Assembly (NCBI GenBank): GCA_032718475.1
Contig: JAUCBJ010001846.1
Span: forward strand, 434,001 to 498,000
Reading direction: 5' to 3'
DNA length: 64,000 bases
Origin: Nemertoderma westbladi
Taxonomy: Eukaryota; Animalia; Xenacoelomorpha
Below are positions 28,118 through 38,876 of this stretch, piece after piece. Under the pieces are notes generated by a model that saw only the letters and a list, made by a program, of their open reading frames with translations, did not search any database and was not told where the DNA came from. Numbering within the stretch: position 1 is the first letter of the stretch; every line of letters starts with the position of its first letter. The position numbers and the translations under genes are program-made.

Positions 28118-29928
28118 TTATTCTAATTCTTTAACAATTTGATAAAAAACATTTTCTAAGACATCACTGCCTGTCTTGGTCAGGTGGCCATTATCAAAGT
28201 ATAGTGGCTTTCCTTCTGCGTTTTTGTAAGAGCATTCAGGCCGACAGAAGTAATCAACAATAACAATGCGTTTAAAATTCTGACCTTCTATTTTAGAAAG
28301 CTCACTAAATAATTTTTTGTTTTTTACAAGGTAATCTTGCTTCGTTTGGATGATGAGCTTTCCATTATTTTTTATATTTTCGTACATCATGCGAGGAATA
28401 TGCTTTGAGTGTACTGGAACTGGGTCGATAAAAATAACCCCTATATTGACTTTTTCTAATTGGGTTACCAATTGATTAATGACCCTATAATCAATTGCAG
28501 AAGGTGAATAATGCAAAATAACGTGACTGATGCCTTGTAAGATAACCTCGTTAACAATAGACTTCAAAGAAGGGCCGCCGATCATTAATGGGTTGTTTTG
28601 AACAATAAAGTGCAGGCTATTTCCATTTTTTCTCGCAACTTTTGCAAAAGCACTTTTAATAGAGTCTGCATGACTGTCCCCAACCAACATCAGTTTGTTT
28701 TTAATATTTTTTGTTAAACCCGTTAATTCACAGGAAATAGCGCTAGTTCGACCAAAAATATGAAAAACTCGAAAAATTTTGCCACAGCGATACGTTGAAC
28801 GATCTTGAGATACTTTAAAGAGATGCATCTCTTTGATAGAAAACATCCTATCTTGAATAAAAGGCAGGCAAAATGAAAGCAGGATTGTTAACAAACAAGC
28901 AATGACTGAGAATCTTACAATACTACTATTAAACTTGCGTATTTCAACGTATTTGTGTAGTAAAAATGCACTTGAAAAAATTAACAACAAAAGGATAACA
29001 AGTGCTTTAATATTTAAAACGGGTAGGTTTTGGCCTGCAAATGGCTCAGATAGATACAATACAATGATAGGAAAATGAACGAGGTAAATTGAATAGGAAT
29101 ATTTGCCAAGCACCACAAGAACTTTTCCTACCATAGAAGCTTCAATTGCTTTTGGCAGTCCAGTCATCAAAACCAAACCAGTCAGAAATACAACCAATAA
29201 TGTAGATAACCCAGGATGACCATTAATAATGCTTACAGATTGTCCATCAACCTTAAAAATTAAGAGGATAACTACTAAAAAAAATAAACCTACCCCCCCA
29301 GCCATTTTAAGTGAATAAAGCGCACATCGCCTTTATTAGTAAAAAAGTAAGCAACTCCATACCCTAATAAAAATTCCCATATTCTTAAAGGCATTAGAAA
29401 AAATGACGTTTTTGGCGAAATCCCCGTGATGAAAAAACAAATCAATAAAGACCCAAATAAAAAAACAGGGAGAAACAACCTATTTTTAGCAAAAAACCAT
29501 GCCAGAAGCGGAATCATCAAGTAGAATTGAACCTCTACCCCCAAAGACCAAAGGTGTAACAAGGGGTTAAATTCTGCTTGACTGAAATATGAGTTTTGCA
29601 TCCAAAAACCAATGTTCGAGAGAAAAATACTTCCAAACCTTGCCTGCGATACAACCTGATGTGTTTCATTAGGCGTATTAATAATAAATGATATAATCAC
29701 CGTGAAAAGTATCACCACATAATACGCAGGCAAAAGCCGATTGGCTCTTCTTTTGAAAAATACTTTATTTTGACCGTTATAAAGCACAGCAATTAAAAAG
29801 CCACTGATGACAAAAAAAACATCAACCCCAAGGAATCCATTTTGCATGGCTTGAAATCCCAAATGAAAAAGCACAACAAAAAGAACCGAAAGGCCTCTCA
29901 GAATTTGTATGTCTAAACGAAACTTCAT
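28118..29928 (-). pseudogene. OafA/YrhL-type O-acyltransferase (AT3 + SGNH), frameshifted at a G7 tract (possibly phase-variable, OFF)
   Basis: 5' ORF has FRLDIQILRG, GVDVFFVISG, HLWSLGVEVQFY; 3' ORF has SYSIYLVHFP, GDSHA, DNGHL; one extra G joins them. Confidence 0.85.
29293..29299 (-). repeat. G7 homopolymer at the acyltransferase frameshift
   Basis: Coding strand TGG CTG GGG GGG TAG; G8 gives CTG GGG GGG GTA GGT TTA, in frame. Confidence 0.85.
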
Positions 29929-30167
29929 GGACAACGAATTTAAAAATTTAGGTGGAATTTGGCATCAATTGTAAACTGTTTGTATTATTTTTTGTGCACC
30001 CCTAAACAGAGGCAGTGTTTATAAATGCCTGCTGGAGGCATGTGATGCGTTTATAAGCATGTTATCTCCACCCATTTTGAACATGCAAATGGCATCAAAC
30101 AGTTGTTCAGTGAATTGATTTTTATTATCATGTCTTGCATTGAATACCAAAGCCTCAAACCCAGCTC

Positions 30168-31268
30168 ATGTCACATGCACCAACCGTATCCATCAAAGAC
30201 AGCTTGGATGATCTTGATCAGCGCCTTTTAATGCTCGCTCAACACTACAACATCTCCCAAAAAAAAGAACGCTTGGCTGAAATTCAAGCGGAAATCGAAC
30301 TACCCACCAATTGGTCAGCCATTGAAAAAATGTGTGAATTTGAACAAGAACGCAAACAAATCGAACACATCCTAGAACCATTTTATAAAAGCACACAATC
30401 CCTACTAGAATTACAAGAACTATTTGAACTCATCAAAACAGACGATCAATCACTAAAAGATGATTTGGTAAAAGAAATTGAACAACTTCAGTCCACCATT
30501 AAGCGATTAGAATTCTTGCGTATGTTCTCAAGCAAGCTAGACCAAAACAATGCATATTTAGACATTCAATCAGGCTCAGGGGGCACTGAAGCCCAAGACT
30601 GGGCGCAAATGATCCTAAGAATGTACACCCGTTTTTGTGAATCGCAAGGCTTTAGTGTTGAGATGACCGAATTCTCCCCAGGGGATGTCGCCGGCATTAA
30701 AAGTGCAACCCTTTATGTACAAGGCCTGTATGCCTTTGGTTGGCTTAAAACTGAACTGGGCGTTCACCGACTGGTTCGAAAATCCCCCTTCGATTCAGGC
30801 AACCGCAGGCACACCTCATTTGCCGCTGTATTTGTCGCCCCTGAAATTGACGACTCAATTGAGATTACCATCAACCCAGCGGATATTCGCATCGACACCT
30901 ATCGAGCCAGTGGTGCAGGGGGTCAACATGTGAACAAAACTGACTCTGCCGTTCGTATAACACACCTGCCCACCAACACCGTGGCACAATCCCAAAGCTC
31001 TCGTTCGCAACACCAAAACAAAGACCAAGCCATGAAACAATTGCGCGCCAAACTCTACGAACAAGCACTGCTGAAAAAAACACAAACCCAACAACAAGTC
31101 GAACAAAACAAATCAGACATCAGTTGGGGCAACCAAATTCGCTCCTACGTGCTTGACCAATCACGTGTGAAAGATTTGCGCACCCAGCTAGAAACCAGCA
31201 ATGCACGAGCCGTGTTAGACGGTGAGCTAACCGATTTTATTCAAGCAAGCCTAAAACAACAAGTGTAA
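30168..31268 (+). CDS. prfB: Peptide chain release factor 2, uninterrupted ORF
   Basis: GGTEAQDWA, SPF motif (RKSPFD), GAGGQHVN, WGNQIRSYV; upstream of lysS. Confidence 0.97.
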   Translation: MSHAPTVSIKDSLDDLDQRLLMLAQHYNISQKKERLAEIQAEIELPTNWSAIEKMCEFEQERKQIEHILEPFYKSTQSLLELQELFELIKTDDQSLKDDLVKEIEQLQSTIKRLEFLRMFSSKLDQNNAYLDIQSGSGGTEAQDWAQMILRMYTRFCESQGFSVEMTEFSPGDVAGIKSATLYVQGLYAFGWLKTELGVHRLVRKSPFDSGNRRHTSFAAVFVAPEIDDSIEITINPADIRIDTYRASGAGGQHVNKTDSAVRITHLPTNTVAQSQSSRSQHQNKDQAMKQLRAKLYEQALLKKTQTQQQVEQNKSDISWGNQIRSYVLDQSRVKDLRTQLETSNARAVLDGELTDFIQASLKQQV

Positions 31269-31273
31269 TCAAC

Positions 31274-32779
31274 ATGACAGAAATCACAAAAAACAACCCC
31301 CTAAGTCCTGAAGACTCAACCTTGCTAGCAACACGTCAAGCCAAGCTAAAAGAACTTCGCGCTCAACAAAAAAGTGCCTACCCCAACCATTTTAAGCCAA
31401 CACACTCCACCCAATCGCTACACCAAACGCACAAAGCAATAAACCCTGAGCAACTTACAGATAAAAAAGTAGCCACCTGCATTGCCGGGCGGATGATGAC
31501 GTGCCGCGTCATGGGCAAAGCGGCCTTTTGTCACTTGCAAGACGAGACAGGGCGTATTCAAATTTATATTCAACAAAAAACCATTGGCGATGGGGCTTAT
31601 CAAGCCTTCAAAGACTTTGACCTAGGCGATATCATAGGCGTTGAGGGTCATTTGTTTCTCACCAAAGTTGGCGAGCTAACCGTTTGGGCGCAAAAAATAG
31701 AACTACTAAGCAAATGCTTGCACCCCTTACCCGAAAAATTCCATGGCCTAAAAGACCGTGAACAATGTTATCGAAAGCGTTACCTAGACTTACTTGTCAA
31801 CCCAAATGCTAAAGCGGTGTTTAAAAAACGGGCCGCTGTGGTGCAATTTATTCGAAATTACATGGAATCACGCTCGTTTTTAGAAGTTGAAACACCCATG
31901 ATGCAAACCATCCCCGGTGGCGCCAATGCCAAACCCTTTGAGACTTGGCACAATGCCCTAAACCGACCGCTTTTTTTACGCATAGCGCCCGAACTGTATT
32001 TAAAACGGCTGATTGTGGGCGGGTTTGAAAAAGTATTTGAAATCAACCGAAACTTTAGAAATGAAGGGCTCTCCACTCGCCATAACCCAGAGTTCACAAC
32101 AATAGAATTTTATCAAGCCTATGCCACTTATAACGATTTAATGAAACTCATTGAGCAACTCCTTCAATCGCTAACAACTAAGCTTTTGGGTGAAAAAAAA
32201 CTCAACTATCAAGGCCAACTATACGACTTTCAGCAACCCTTTAAGCGCATTCAATTTTTAGAGGCCATCTTTGAACAATACCCAGAGATTCAAGCATTTT
32301 CAACCAATCCAGCTAAAATGCACGCCTATGCCAAGGCGCACCAACTTAAACACAAACCTGATGATGGCGCCTTACAAATTTTGTGTCATATCTTCGACAA
32401 ACTCATTGAACCTACACTCATCCAGCCCACCTTTGTGACCCATTACCCCACCATTATTTCGCCCTTGGCTCGACAATTTGATGACACACCAGCGCTAACA
32501 GAACGCTTTGAACTATTTATTAGTGGCCGAGAAATCGCTAATGGTTTTTCTGAACTAAACGACCCTGACGATCAAGCCAGCCGTTTTGAGGCTCAAGTGA
32601 AACAGCGTGAAGCGGGGGATGAAGCGTCCATGTTTTTTGATCATGATTACATAAAAGCGTTACAATACGGCTTGCCACCAACCGCAGGTGCAGGTATAGG
32701 GATTGACCGATTGGTCATGTTGTTGACTGATTCAGCGGCCATTAAAGATGTTATTCTATTTCCGCATCTACGCGATTAA
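31274..32779 (+). CDS. lysS: Lysine-tRNA ligase (class II)
   Basis: YRKRYLDL, EVETPMM, LRIAPELYLKRL, FRNEG...RHNPEF, GLPPTAGAGIGIDRL. Confidence 0.98.
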   Translation: MTEITKNNPLSPEDSTLLATRQAKLKELRAQQKSAYPNHFKPTHSTQSLHQTHKAINPEQLTDKKVATCIAGRMMTCRVMGKAAFCHLQDETGRIQIYIQQKTIGDGAYQAFKDFDLGDIIGVEGHLFLTKVGELTVWAQKIELLSKCLHPLPEKFHGLKDREQCYRKRYLDLLVNPNAKAVFKKRAAVVQFIRNYMESRSFLEVETPMMQTIPGGANAKPFETWHNALNRPLFLRIAPELYLKRLIVGGFEKVFEINRNFRNEGLSTRHNPEFTTIEFYQAYATYNDLMKLIEQLLQSLTTKLLGEKKLNYQGQLYDFQQPFKRIQFLEAIFEQYPEIQAFSTNPAKMHAYAKAHQLKHKPDDGALQILCHIFDKLIEPTLIQPTFVTHYPTIISPLARQFDDTPALTERFELFISGREIANGFSELNDPDDQASRFEAQVKQREAGDEASMFFDHDYIKALQYGLPPTAGAGIGIDRLVMLLTDSAAIKDVILFPHLRD

Positions 32780-32802
32780 CACATAAAAAATAGAGAGCTA
32801 TT

Positions 32803-34062
32803 ATGCTAGAAATTAAAGACATTACACTGCCAGATATTGGCAATTTTGACCAAGCCAATGTGATTGAAATTTTGGTCAATGTGGGGGATATGGTTGAACA
32901 AGAAGAGAGCCTAATCACCTTAGAGGGAGACAAAGCCTCGATGGAGATCCCCTCGCCTGTGGCGGGTAAAATTACAGAAATTTTGCTCAACATTGGGGAT
33001 ACCATTAAAAAAGACCAGCTCATTGCCAAAATTGCGTTGGTAGATCGTCAGGCCGATTCAAGTGTATTACCTGAACAAAAATCAGCTAATATACCAAGCC
33101 CACAAAATGCGCCTGAAAAAAGCCCTAAACCTTTGGCCAGCGCTGCTAGTCAAACAAAGTCCACAACAACGAATTTGGGCGCAACCATGCTAGAAGCAGG
33201 CTTGGTACATGCCTCGCCCTTGGTCAGAAAAACAGCCCGTGAGAAAGGCATTGATTTAACCCAAATTCAAGGTAGTGGTGCTTTTTATCGCATCACCATT
33301 GATGACCTTCACAACTCACAAAAAACCATACAAACCCCCTTGCCCGATTTTTCAAAATTCGGCTCAGTCAGTCGACAAAAACAAAGCCGAATTCAACAAC
33401 TTGCTGGCAAGCATTTACAAAATTGCTGGCAGAGCATTCCGCATGTCACCCAATTTGATCAGGTGGATATTACCTCCCTTGAAGCCTTTCGCCAAAATAT
33501 GAAAGCACAGTCAGCTGAGAAGGGTGTTCGGTTGACCCTTTTAGCTTTTATTATGAAGGCATCGGCTTGTGCATTGAAACATTTCCCAACATTTAATGCC
33601 AGTTTTGACCCGTCAAGTAGTGAGCTCATATTAAAAGCTTACTACCACATTGGCTTTGCTGTGGACACGCCCGCAGGGTTGGTAGTGCCCGTGATTCGGG
33701 ATGTTGATCAAAAAACAATTTATGACATCGCAGGTGATCTTCAACAGTTAAGTCAACAAGCGCGTGATGGTAAATTAACACCCGCTGATATGCAAGGGGG
33801 GTGCTTTAGTATTTCAAGTTTAGGGGGCATTGGCGGTACACAATTTACGCCTGTTGTAAACAGCCCAGAGGTGGCTATTTTAGGGGTATCGAGGGCGGCT
33901 CAACAGCCTATTTGGAATGAAAAAACAAAACAATTTGAGCCTAAACTAATGTTGCCCCTAGCACTCTCATATGATCATCGGGTGATTGATGGAGCTAAGG
34001 GTGCTCGTTTTATCACGTATTTAAATAGTTTATTAACCGATATTCGTCGTGTTTTATTGTAA
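32803..34062 (+). CDS. aceF: Dihydrolipoamide acetyltransferase (PDH E2), single lipoyl domain
   Basis: LEGDKASMEIPSP lipoyl motif, HASPLVRK binding domain, SYDHRVIDG catalytic motif. Confidence 0.93.
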   Translation: MLEIKDITLPDIGNFDQANVIEILVNVGDMVEQEESLITLEGDKASMEIPSPVAGKITEILLNIGDTIKKDQLIAKIALVDRQADSSVLPEQKSANIPSPQNAPEKSPKPLASAASQTKSTTTNLGATMLEAGLVHASPLVRKTAREKGIDLTQIQGSGAFYRITIDDLHNSQKTIQTPLPDFSKFGSVSRQKQSRIQQLAGKHLQNCWQSIPHVTQFDQVDITSLEAFRQNMKAQSAEKGVRLTLLAFIMKASACALKHFPTFNASFDPSSSELILKAYYHIGFAVDTPAGLVVPVIRDVDQKTIYDIAGDLQQLSQQARDGKLTPADMQGGCFSISSLGGIGGTQFTPVVNSPEVAILGVSRAAQQPIWNEKTKQFEPKLMLPLALSYDHRVIDGAKGARFITYLNSLLTDIRRVLL

Positions 34063-34086
34063 TTAATGAAGGTATAAGGAGTTTTT

Positions 34087-35511
34087 ATGTCAGTTAAAAA
34101 TACACAAGTGATTGTCATCGGTGCAGGGCCTGGGGGGTATAGTGCGGCTTTTCGCGCAGCCGATTTAGGCAAAAAAGTTACTTTAGTGAATGCTTATGAT
34201 GTGTTGGGTGGGGTATGTTTAAACGTGGGCTGTATTCCGTCTAAAACTTTGTTACATGCAGCTGAAGTGATCAATGAAACGAAGGCCATGCAAGCGCACG
34301 GCGTGGATTTTGGGAAACCTAAAATTGATATCAAACAATTAGCCAACCATAAAGATCAGGTGGTTTCAAAATTGACTAGCGGTTTATTAATGTTGGCGAA
34401 GAGGCGAAAAGTGGATATTGTGATTGGTAAGGCCAGCTTTTTTTCTACCAATGAATTAGTGGTTGAAAACAAGGGTCAAAAAACCACCATCCAATTTGAA
34501 CAATGCATTATTGCCACAGGCTCTTGTGTGACCAAGATTCCTAGCTTTCCCACAGATCACCCAAGCCTAATTGATTCAACAGGCGCACTAGAGCTTCAAT
34601 CTGTCCCTAAAAAAATGCTCATCGTCGGTGGGGGCATTATTGGGCTGGAGATGGCAACCGTTTATCATGCACTGGGCACTCAAATCAGTATTGTGGAGCT
34701 CGCTGATCAATTAATTCTAGCCGCGGATAAAGACATGGTGGCATCCCTTGAAAAAATTATTCAAGCTCGTTATGAACATATTTATTTAAATACCAAGGTC
34801 ACAAAAGTTGAGCCCGTGAAATCATCCCAATCACTAACCGTTCATTTTGAAGGCAAAGGTGCACCCAAAAAAGCAACCTTTGATCAGGTACTTGTAGCGG
34901 TCGGTCGTTCACCCAATGGCCAATTATTAGGGGTCGAAAAAATAGGCCTTCAAGTCGATGAACGCGGGTTTATTCCTGCGAATAATCAGCAAAAAACCAA
35001 TCTACCCAATATTTATGCCATTGGCGATGTGGTGGGTCAACCCATGTTAGCCCATAAGGCAGTTCATGAAGGCAAGGTAGCTGCTGAGGTCATTTGTGGC
35101 CAGCCAAGCTGTTTTGACCCGATGACAATCCCTAATGTTGCTTATACCGACCCAGAGCTTGCGTGGGCAGGTTTGACTGAAAAAGGACTTAAAGCAAAAA
35201 ATATTCCCTATGAAAAAGGCGTTTTTCCTTGGGCAGCTAGTGGCCGTTCTTTAAGCATTGGTCGAGAAGAGGGGATGACAAAATTATTATTCCACCAAAA
35301 AACCAAGCGTTTAATTGGCGGGTGTATTGTGGGCACTAATGCGGGCGAGCTAATTGCACAGGTGGTGTTAGGGATTGAGATGGGTGCCACAATAGAAGAT
35401 TTTTGCCTAAGTGTTCATGCTCATCCGACATTGTCAGAAACGATCGCCATGGCAGCCGAGATGGTGCAGGGGTCAATCACGGATTTAATGCCACCGAAAG
35501 TGAAAAAATAA
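34087..35511 (+). CDS. lpdA: Dihydrolipoyl dehydrogenase
   Basis: GAGPGG, GGVCLNVGCIPSK, HAHPTLSE. Confidence 0.98.
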   Translation: MSVKNTQVIVIGAGPGGYSAAFRAADLGKKVTLVNAYDVLGGVCLNVGCIPSKTLLHAAEVINETKAMQAHGVDFGKPKIDIKQLANHKDQVVSKLTSGLLMLAKRRKVDIVIGKASFFSTNELVVENKGQKTTIQFEQCIIATGSCVTKIPSFPTDHPSLIDSTGALELQSVPKKMLIVGGGIIGLEMATVYHALGTQISIVELADQLILAADKDMVASLEKIIQARYEHIYLNTKVTKVEPVKSSQSLTVHFEGKGAPKKATFDQVLVAVGRSPNGQLLGVEKIGLQVDERGFIPANNQQKTNLPNIYAIGDVVGQPMLAHKAVHEGKVAAEVICGQPSCFDPMTIPNVAYTDPELAWAGLTEKGLKAKNIPYEKGVFPWAASGRSLSIGREEGMTKLLFHQKTKRLIGGCIVGTNAGELIAQVVLGIEMGATIEDFCLSVHAHPTLSETIAMAAEMVQGSITDLMPPKVKK

Positions 35512-36723
35512 ATGAAAAAAGATATTCAAAAAATTGTACTCGCTTTCTCAGGGGGGTTGGATACCTCGGTCATCGTCAAGTGGCTTCAAGATCATTACAA
35601 AGCCGAGGTGATTTGTTTCACGGCCGATATTGGTCAAGGGCAAGAGGTTAAATTGGCGCGCGAAAAGGCTAAATCACTAGGCGTTAAGTCTATTTATATC
35701 GAAGATTTACGCGAAGAATTTGCCCGTGATTATGTCTACCCTATGTTTCGAACAGGCGTTGTTTATGAAAATTATTATCTGCTCGGTACGGCCATTGCAC
35801 GTCCGTTAATTGCCAAACGCTTAGTTGAGATTGCAAACCGTGAGGGGGCAGATGCCATCTCGCATGGGGCAACAGGTAAAGGCAATGATCAGGTTCGTTT
35901 TGAGCTAGGCGCTTATGCGCTTAACCCTAATATTGAGGTGATTGCCCCTTGGCGGGAGTGGAATTTGAACTCACGCTCTGATTTGCTTAAATTTGCTCAA
36001 AAACATGGCATTGAGGTGGACTTTCAGTCTGAAACCGACCGCCCTCCCTATTCAATGGACGCGAATTTATTGCATATATCATACGAGGGGGGTGAGCTTG
36101 AAGACCCTGCCAATCCACCGGATGAGGCCATGTGGCGATGGACAAAACCAATTGAAGATACCCCTGATCAACCGCTTTTAATGAAATTAAGTTTTCATCA
36201 AGGTAGTGTGGTGGCGATTGATGATAAAGCTATGACACCTTTGGATGTCATGTTGTTTTTGAATAAACAAGGGGCAACACATGGTGTGGGTAGGCTAGAT
36301 ATTGTTGAAAACCGTTATGTGGGGATTAAATCGCGTGGGTGTTATGAAACCCCTGGGGGGACGATTTTATACCACGCCCATCGAGCCATTGAATCGATTA
36401 CCTTAGATCGTGAAACCAAACGGCTGCAATCGGATATGTTGGGTCGTTATGCAGACCAAATTTATAACGGTTATTGGTGGAGTCGCGAGCGCTTGTTGTT
36501 ACAAGGTTTTTTTGATCAAGCCCAACAGACGGTTAAGGGCGATGTATTTTTAAAACTTCACAAAGGTAATGTCATTATTATGGGGCGTTCTTCAAAAAAT
36601 GGTTTATATCAAAAAGCGTTGGCCAGTTTTGAGTTAAATAATGACTATGATCAAGCCGATGCAGACGGTTTTATTAAAATTAATGCCGTGCGTTTAAAAC
36701 TAGCAAAACCTGAGATAACATAG
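35512..36723 (+). CDS. argG: Argininosuccinate synthase
   Basis: [41 protein letters not shown]. Confidence 0.98.
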   Translation: MKKDIQKIVLAFSGGLDTSVIVKWLQDHYKAEVICFTADIGQGQEVKLAREKAKSLGVKSIYIEDLREEFARDYVYPMFRTGVVYENYYLLGTAIARPLIAKRLVEIANREGADAISHGATGKGNDQVRFELGAYALNPNIEVIAPWREWNLNSRSDLLKFAQKHGIEVDFQSETDRPPYSMDANLLHISYEGGELEDPANPPDEAMWRWTKPIEDTPDQPLLMKLSFHQGSVVAIDDKAMTPLDVMLFLNKQGATHGVGRLDIVENRYVGIKSRGCYETPGGTILYHAHRAIESITLDRETKRLQSDMLGRYADQIYNGYWWSRERLLLQGFFDQAQQTVKGDVFLKLHKGNVIIMGRSSKNGLYQKALASFELNNDYDQADADGFIKINAVRLKLAKPEIT

Positions 36724-36724
36724 T

Positions 36725-37228
36725 TTGAAAGATGGCAAAATTGCCAAAATGTTGGGGCGTTTAGTGGGGAGTTTTTTGGGGGTAGGTTTTCTGCCTTTTG
36801 CGCCAGGTAGCTGGGCTTCTTTATTGTCTTTGCTAATCATTTTTCCGTTGTATGATCAACCCTTATGGGTTTACCTTGTTTTTTTTATTATTGGGTTGAT
36901 CGGGGGGCATTGTAGTTATCAGTCCTGGGTTAATCAATCAACTGATCACGACCCTAAATCGTTTGTAATTGATGAGGTGTTGGGCATGTGGGTGGCTTGT
37001 TTTCCCATTGCGATGGTAAGCCCTGCTACAATGGATAAAAAAGTCCTTTTAAGCGTATTGGCGCTGTTGTTATTTCGTTTTTTTGATATTTATAAAATGG
37101 GCGGGGTGAAAATGTTGGATCAAAACTACCCGAATGTTTATGGGGTGATCGGTGATGATCTGCTGGCAGGTCTGCAAAGTGCGTTTATTATTTTTGTTTA
37201 TACCTTTATATCAAGTGTGGTAGGATAG
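36725..37228 (+). CDS. pgpA: Phosphatidylglycerophosphatase A
   Basis: APGSWAS, DPKSFVIDEVLG, FRFFDIYK, GDDLLAG; start may be ATG 36749. Confidence 0.88.
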   Translation: MKDGKIAKMLGRLVGSFLGVGFLPFAPGSWASLLSLLIIFPLYDQPLWVYLVFFIIGLIGGHCSYQSWVNQSTDHDPKSFVIDEVLGMWVACFPIAMVSPATMDKKVLLSVLALLLFRFFDIYKMGGVKMLDQNYPNVYGVIGDDLLAGLQSAFIIFVYTFISSVVG

Positions 37229-37281
37229 AAAGTTACCAAATGTTTTGGTATTGTAAGAATTAAGTGAATCTAGGAGATAAA

Positions 37282-37779
37282 ATGCGTAAGTTTAAGCAAA
37301 GTGGCTTTAGTTTAATTGAATTATTAGTGGTGATTGTGATCATTGGGATTTTGGCGGCTGTGGGTACCGTGACATATGATAATTATATTGCCAGCTCTAA
37401 AACACAATTGGCTAAATCACAATATGATCAAATAGTGAAACATGTTAAAAATGATTTGTTATTAAGTTTTGACTCAAATTCAATTTCTTCTGAGGAGTTG
37501 GTCAAGCATCCGGGAAGCAATAGTCAAGCAAATGTTCAAAATTACCTGACTGAAATGGCGACCTATTTCAATGATACTGCAGGGTTTAAAAACCCCTATT
37601 CAACTGGTGAATTTGCGGTAAAACCTTTGCCAACTTTAGTTAAAAGTACTGACTTGAAAAACGGAGAGGTTGAGTTTGTATATACTGTAGCTTCAGGTAC
37701 TGCTAGAAATGCAACATTGACTATCTACCTAGAGAACTCTGCCAATGATGCTAGCACTACTATTTCGATGAATTGGTAA
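37282..37779 (+). CDS. Type IV pilin-like protein with prepilin cleavage/methylation motif
   Basis: MRKFKQSG|FSLIELLVVIVIIGILAAVG; GGAG SD before ATG 37282; own terminator. Confidence 0.88.
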   Translation: MRKFKQSGFSLIELLVVIVIIGILAAVGTVTYDNYIASSKTQLAKSQYDQIVKHVKNDLLLSFDSNSISSEELVKHPGSNSQANVQNYLTEMATYFNDTAGFKNPYSTGEFAVKPLPTLVKSTDLKNGEVEFVYTVASGTARNATLTIYLENSANDASTTISMNW

Positions 37780-37787
37780 GCTTAAGT

Positions 37788-37820
37788 ATAAAAAAGGCCG
37801 CTTGAAGCGGCCTTTTTTAT
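37788..37820. terminator. Bidirectional intrinsic terminator between pilin and cyclophilin genes
   Basis: ATAAAAAAGGCCGCTT-G-AAGCGGCCTTTTTTAT between convergent genes. Confidence 0.9.
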
Positions 37821-37826
37821 TTCTGG

Positions 37827-38423
37827 TTATTGATTCAACAAGTCTTCTAAAATTTTTCTATTGGCTTGAAAGGTTTGTGCCTTTTTACCAACGCGGTGAA
37901 TTGTAACCCCGTACATGACATCGCCTTGTGCAATGGTATTCACCACATCTTGCCCGCTTATCACCTCACCAAATACACTGTGTTTGCCATCTAGCCACGG
38001 GGTGGGGGCATGGGTGATGAAAAATTGGCTGCCATTGGTCCTGGGCCCTGCGTTGGCCATTGAAAGAATGCCGGGTTTGTCGTGCTTGAGTTCCTCTTTA
38101 AATTCATCAGCAAATCGGTAGTCAGGCCCCCCTGTGCCCGTACCTGTGGGATCACCAGTTTGGATCATGAAGTTGGGGATAACGCGGTGAAATAAAATGT
38201 CTGTATAAAAGGGGGTGTCCTTATCACCAATGCCCATATTGGTTTCTGATAAACCCACAAAATTAGCCACGGTGATAGGGGTTTGTTTGTAAAAAAGTTT
38301 AGCCCAGATATCACCCTTGTTGGTTTGGATTTGAGCGTACACGCCTGCTTGTTGCAGTTTCATTGAATAGGCTCCTGAATACGTTAAAAAGAGAAGTAAA
38401 AAAATAGTACTGATTTTTTTCAT
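37827..38423 (-). CDS. Cyclophilin-type peptidyl-prolyl isomerase with signal peptide
   Basis: [43 protein letters not shown]. Confidence 0.95.
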   Translation of the reverse strand: MKKISTIFLLLFLTYSGAYSMKLQQAGVYAQIQTNKGDIWAKLFYKQTPITVANFVGLSETNMGIGDKDTPFYTDILFHRVIPNFMIQTGDPTGTGTGGPDYRFADEFKEELKHDKPGILSMANAGPRTNGSQFFITHAPTPWLDGKHSVFGEVISGQDVVNTIAQGDVMYGVTIHRVGKKAQTFQANRKILEDLLNQ

Positions 38424-38850
38424 TGCTGTTGGGTTTGAATGGAATAAATTAGCTTATCAAAAAATTGCTGTGAATGCATTAAGTGTATTTTTGATTAGGA
38501 TTTATCGGGTGAGTGTTGAGGCGAAAGCTATTTTTAATTTTTTTTTAAAGACAACGTATTGATGTGATTTTTAGTGCGTTTAGATTGATTGGGATTTTGA
38601 TCGGCTTTAAAATTTTCATTTTTTTACCCCCACAACAATGTTGTGTGCAAATACTGTTTCGCTTTAACAGCCACGCTATTATTTAGGGCAAGCTATTTGC
38701 CGCCAAAAAGAGGCTAAGGATTTTGCCCCTAAAGGTTTTAATAATGGGAATTGGAATTTTCATGACTGTGAAAACTGCCCAGCGCTTTTAGTTGAAGCTG
38801 AGGTTAAGACAGTGATCTGATTGATAAATGGAAATCCCCTGTTAACACTC

Positions 38851-38876
38851 TGCCTTCAGTGGTACCACTGAAGGCA
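38851..38876. repeat. 26-bp perfect palindrome without spacer
   Basis: TGCCTTCAGTGGT|ACCACTGAAGGCA. Confidence 0.95.
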
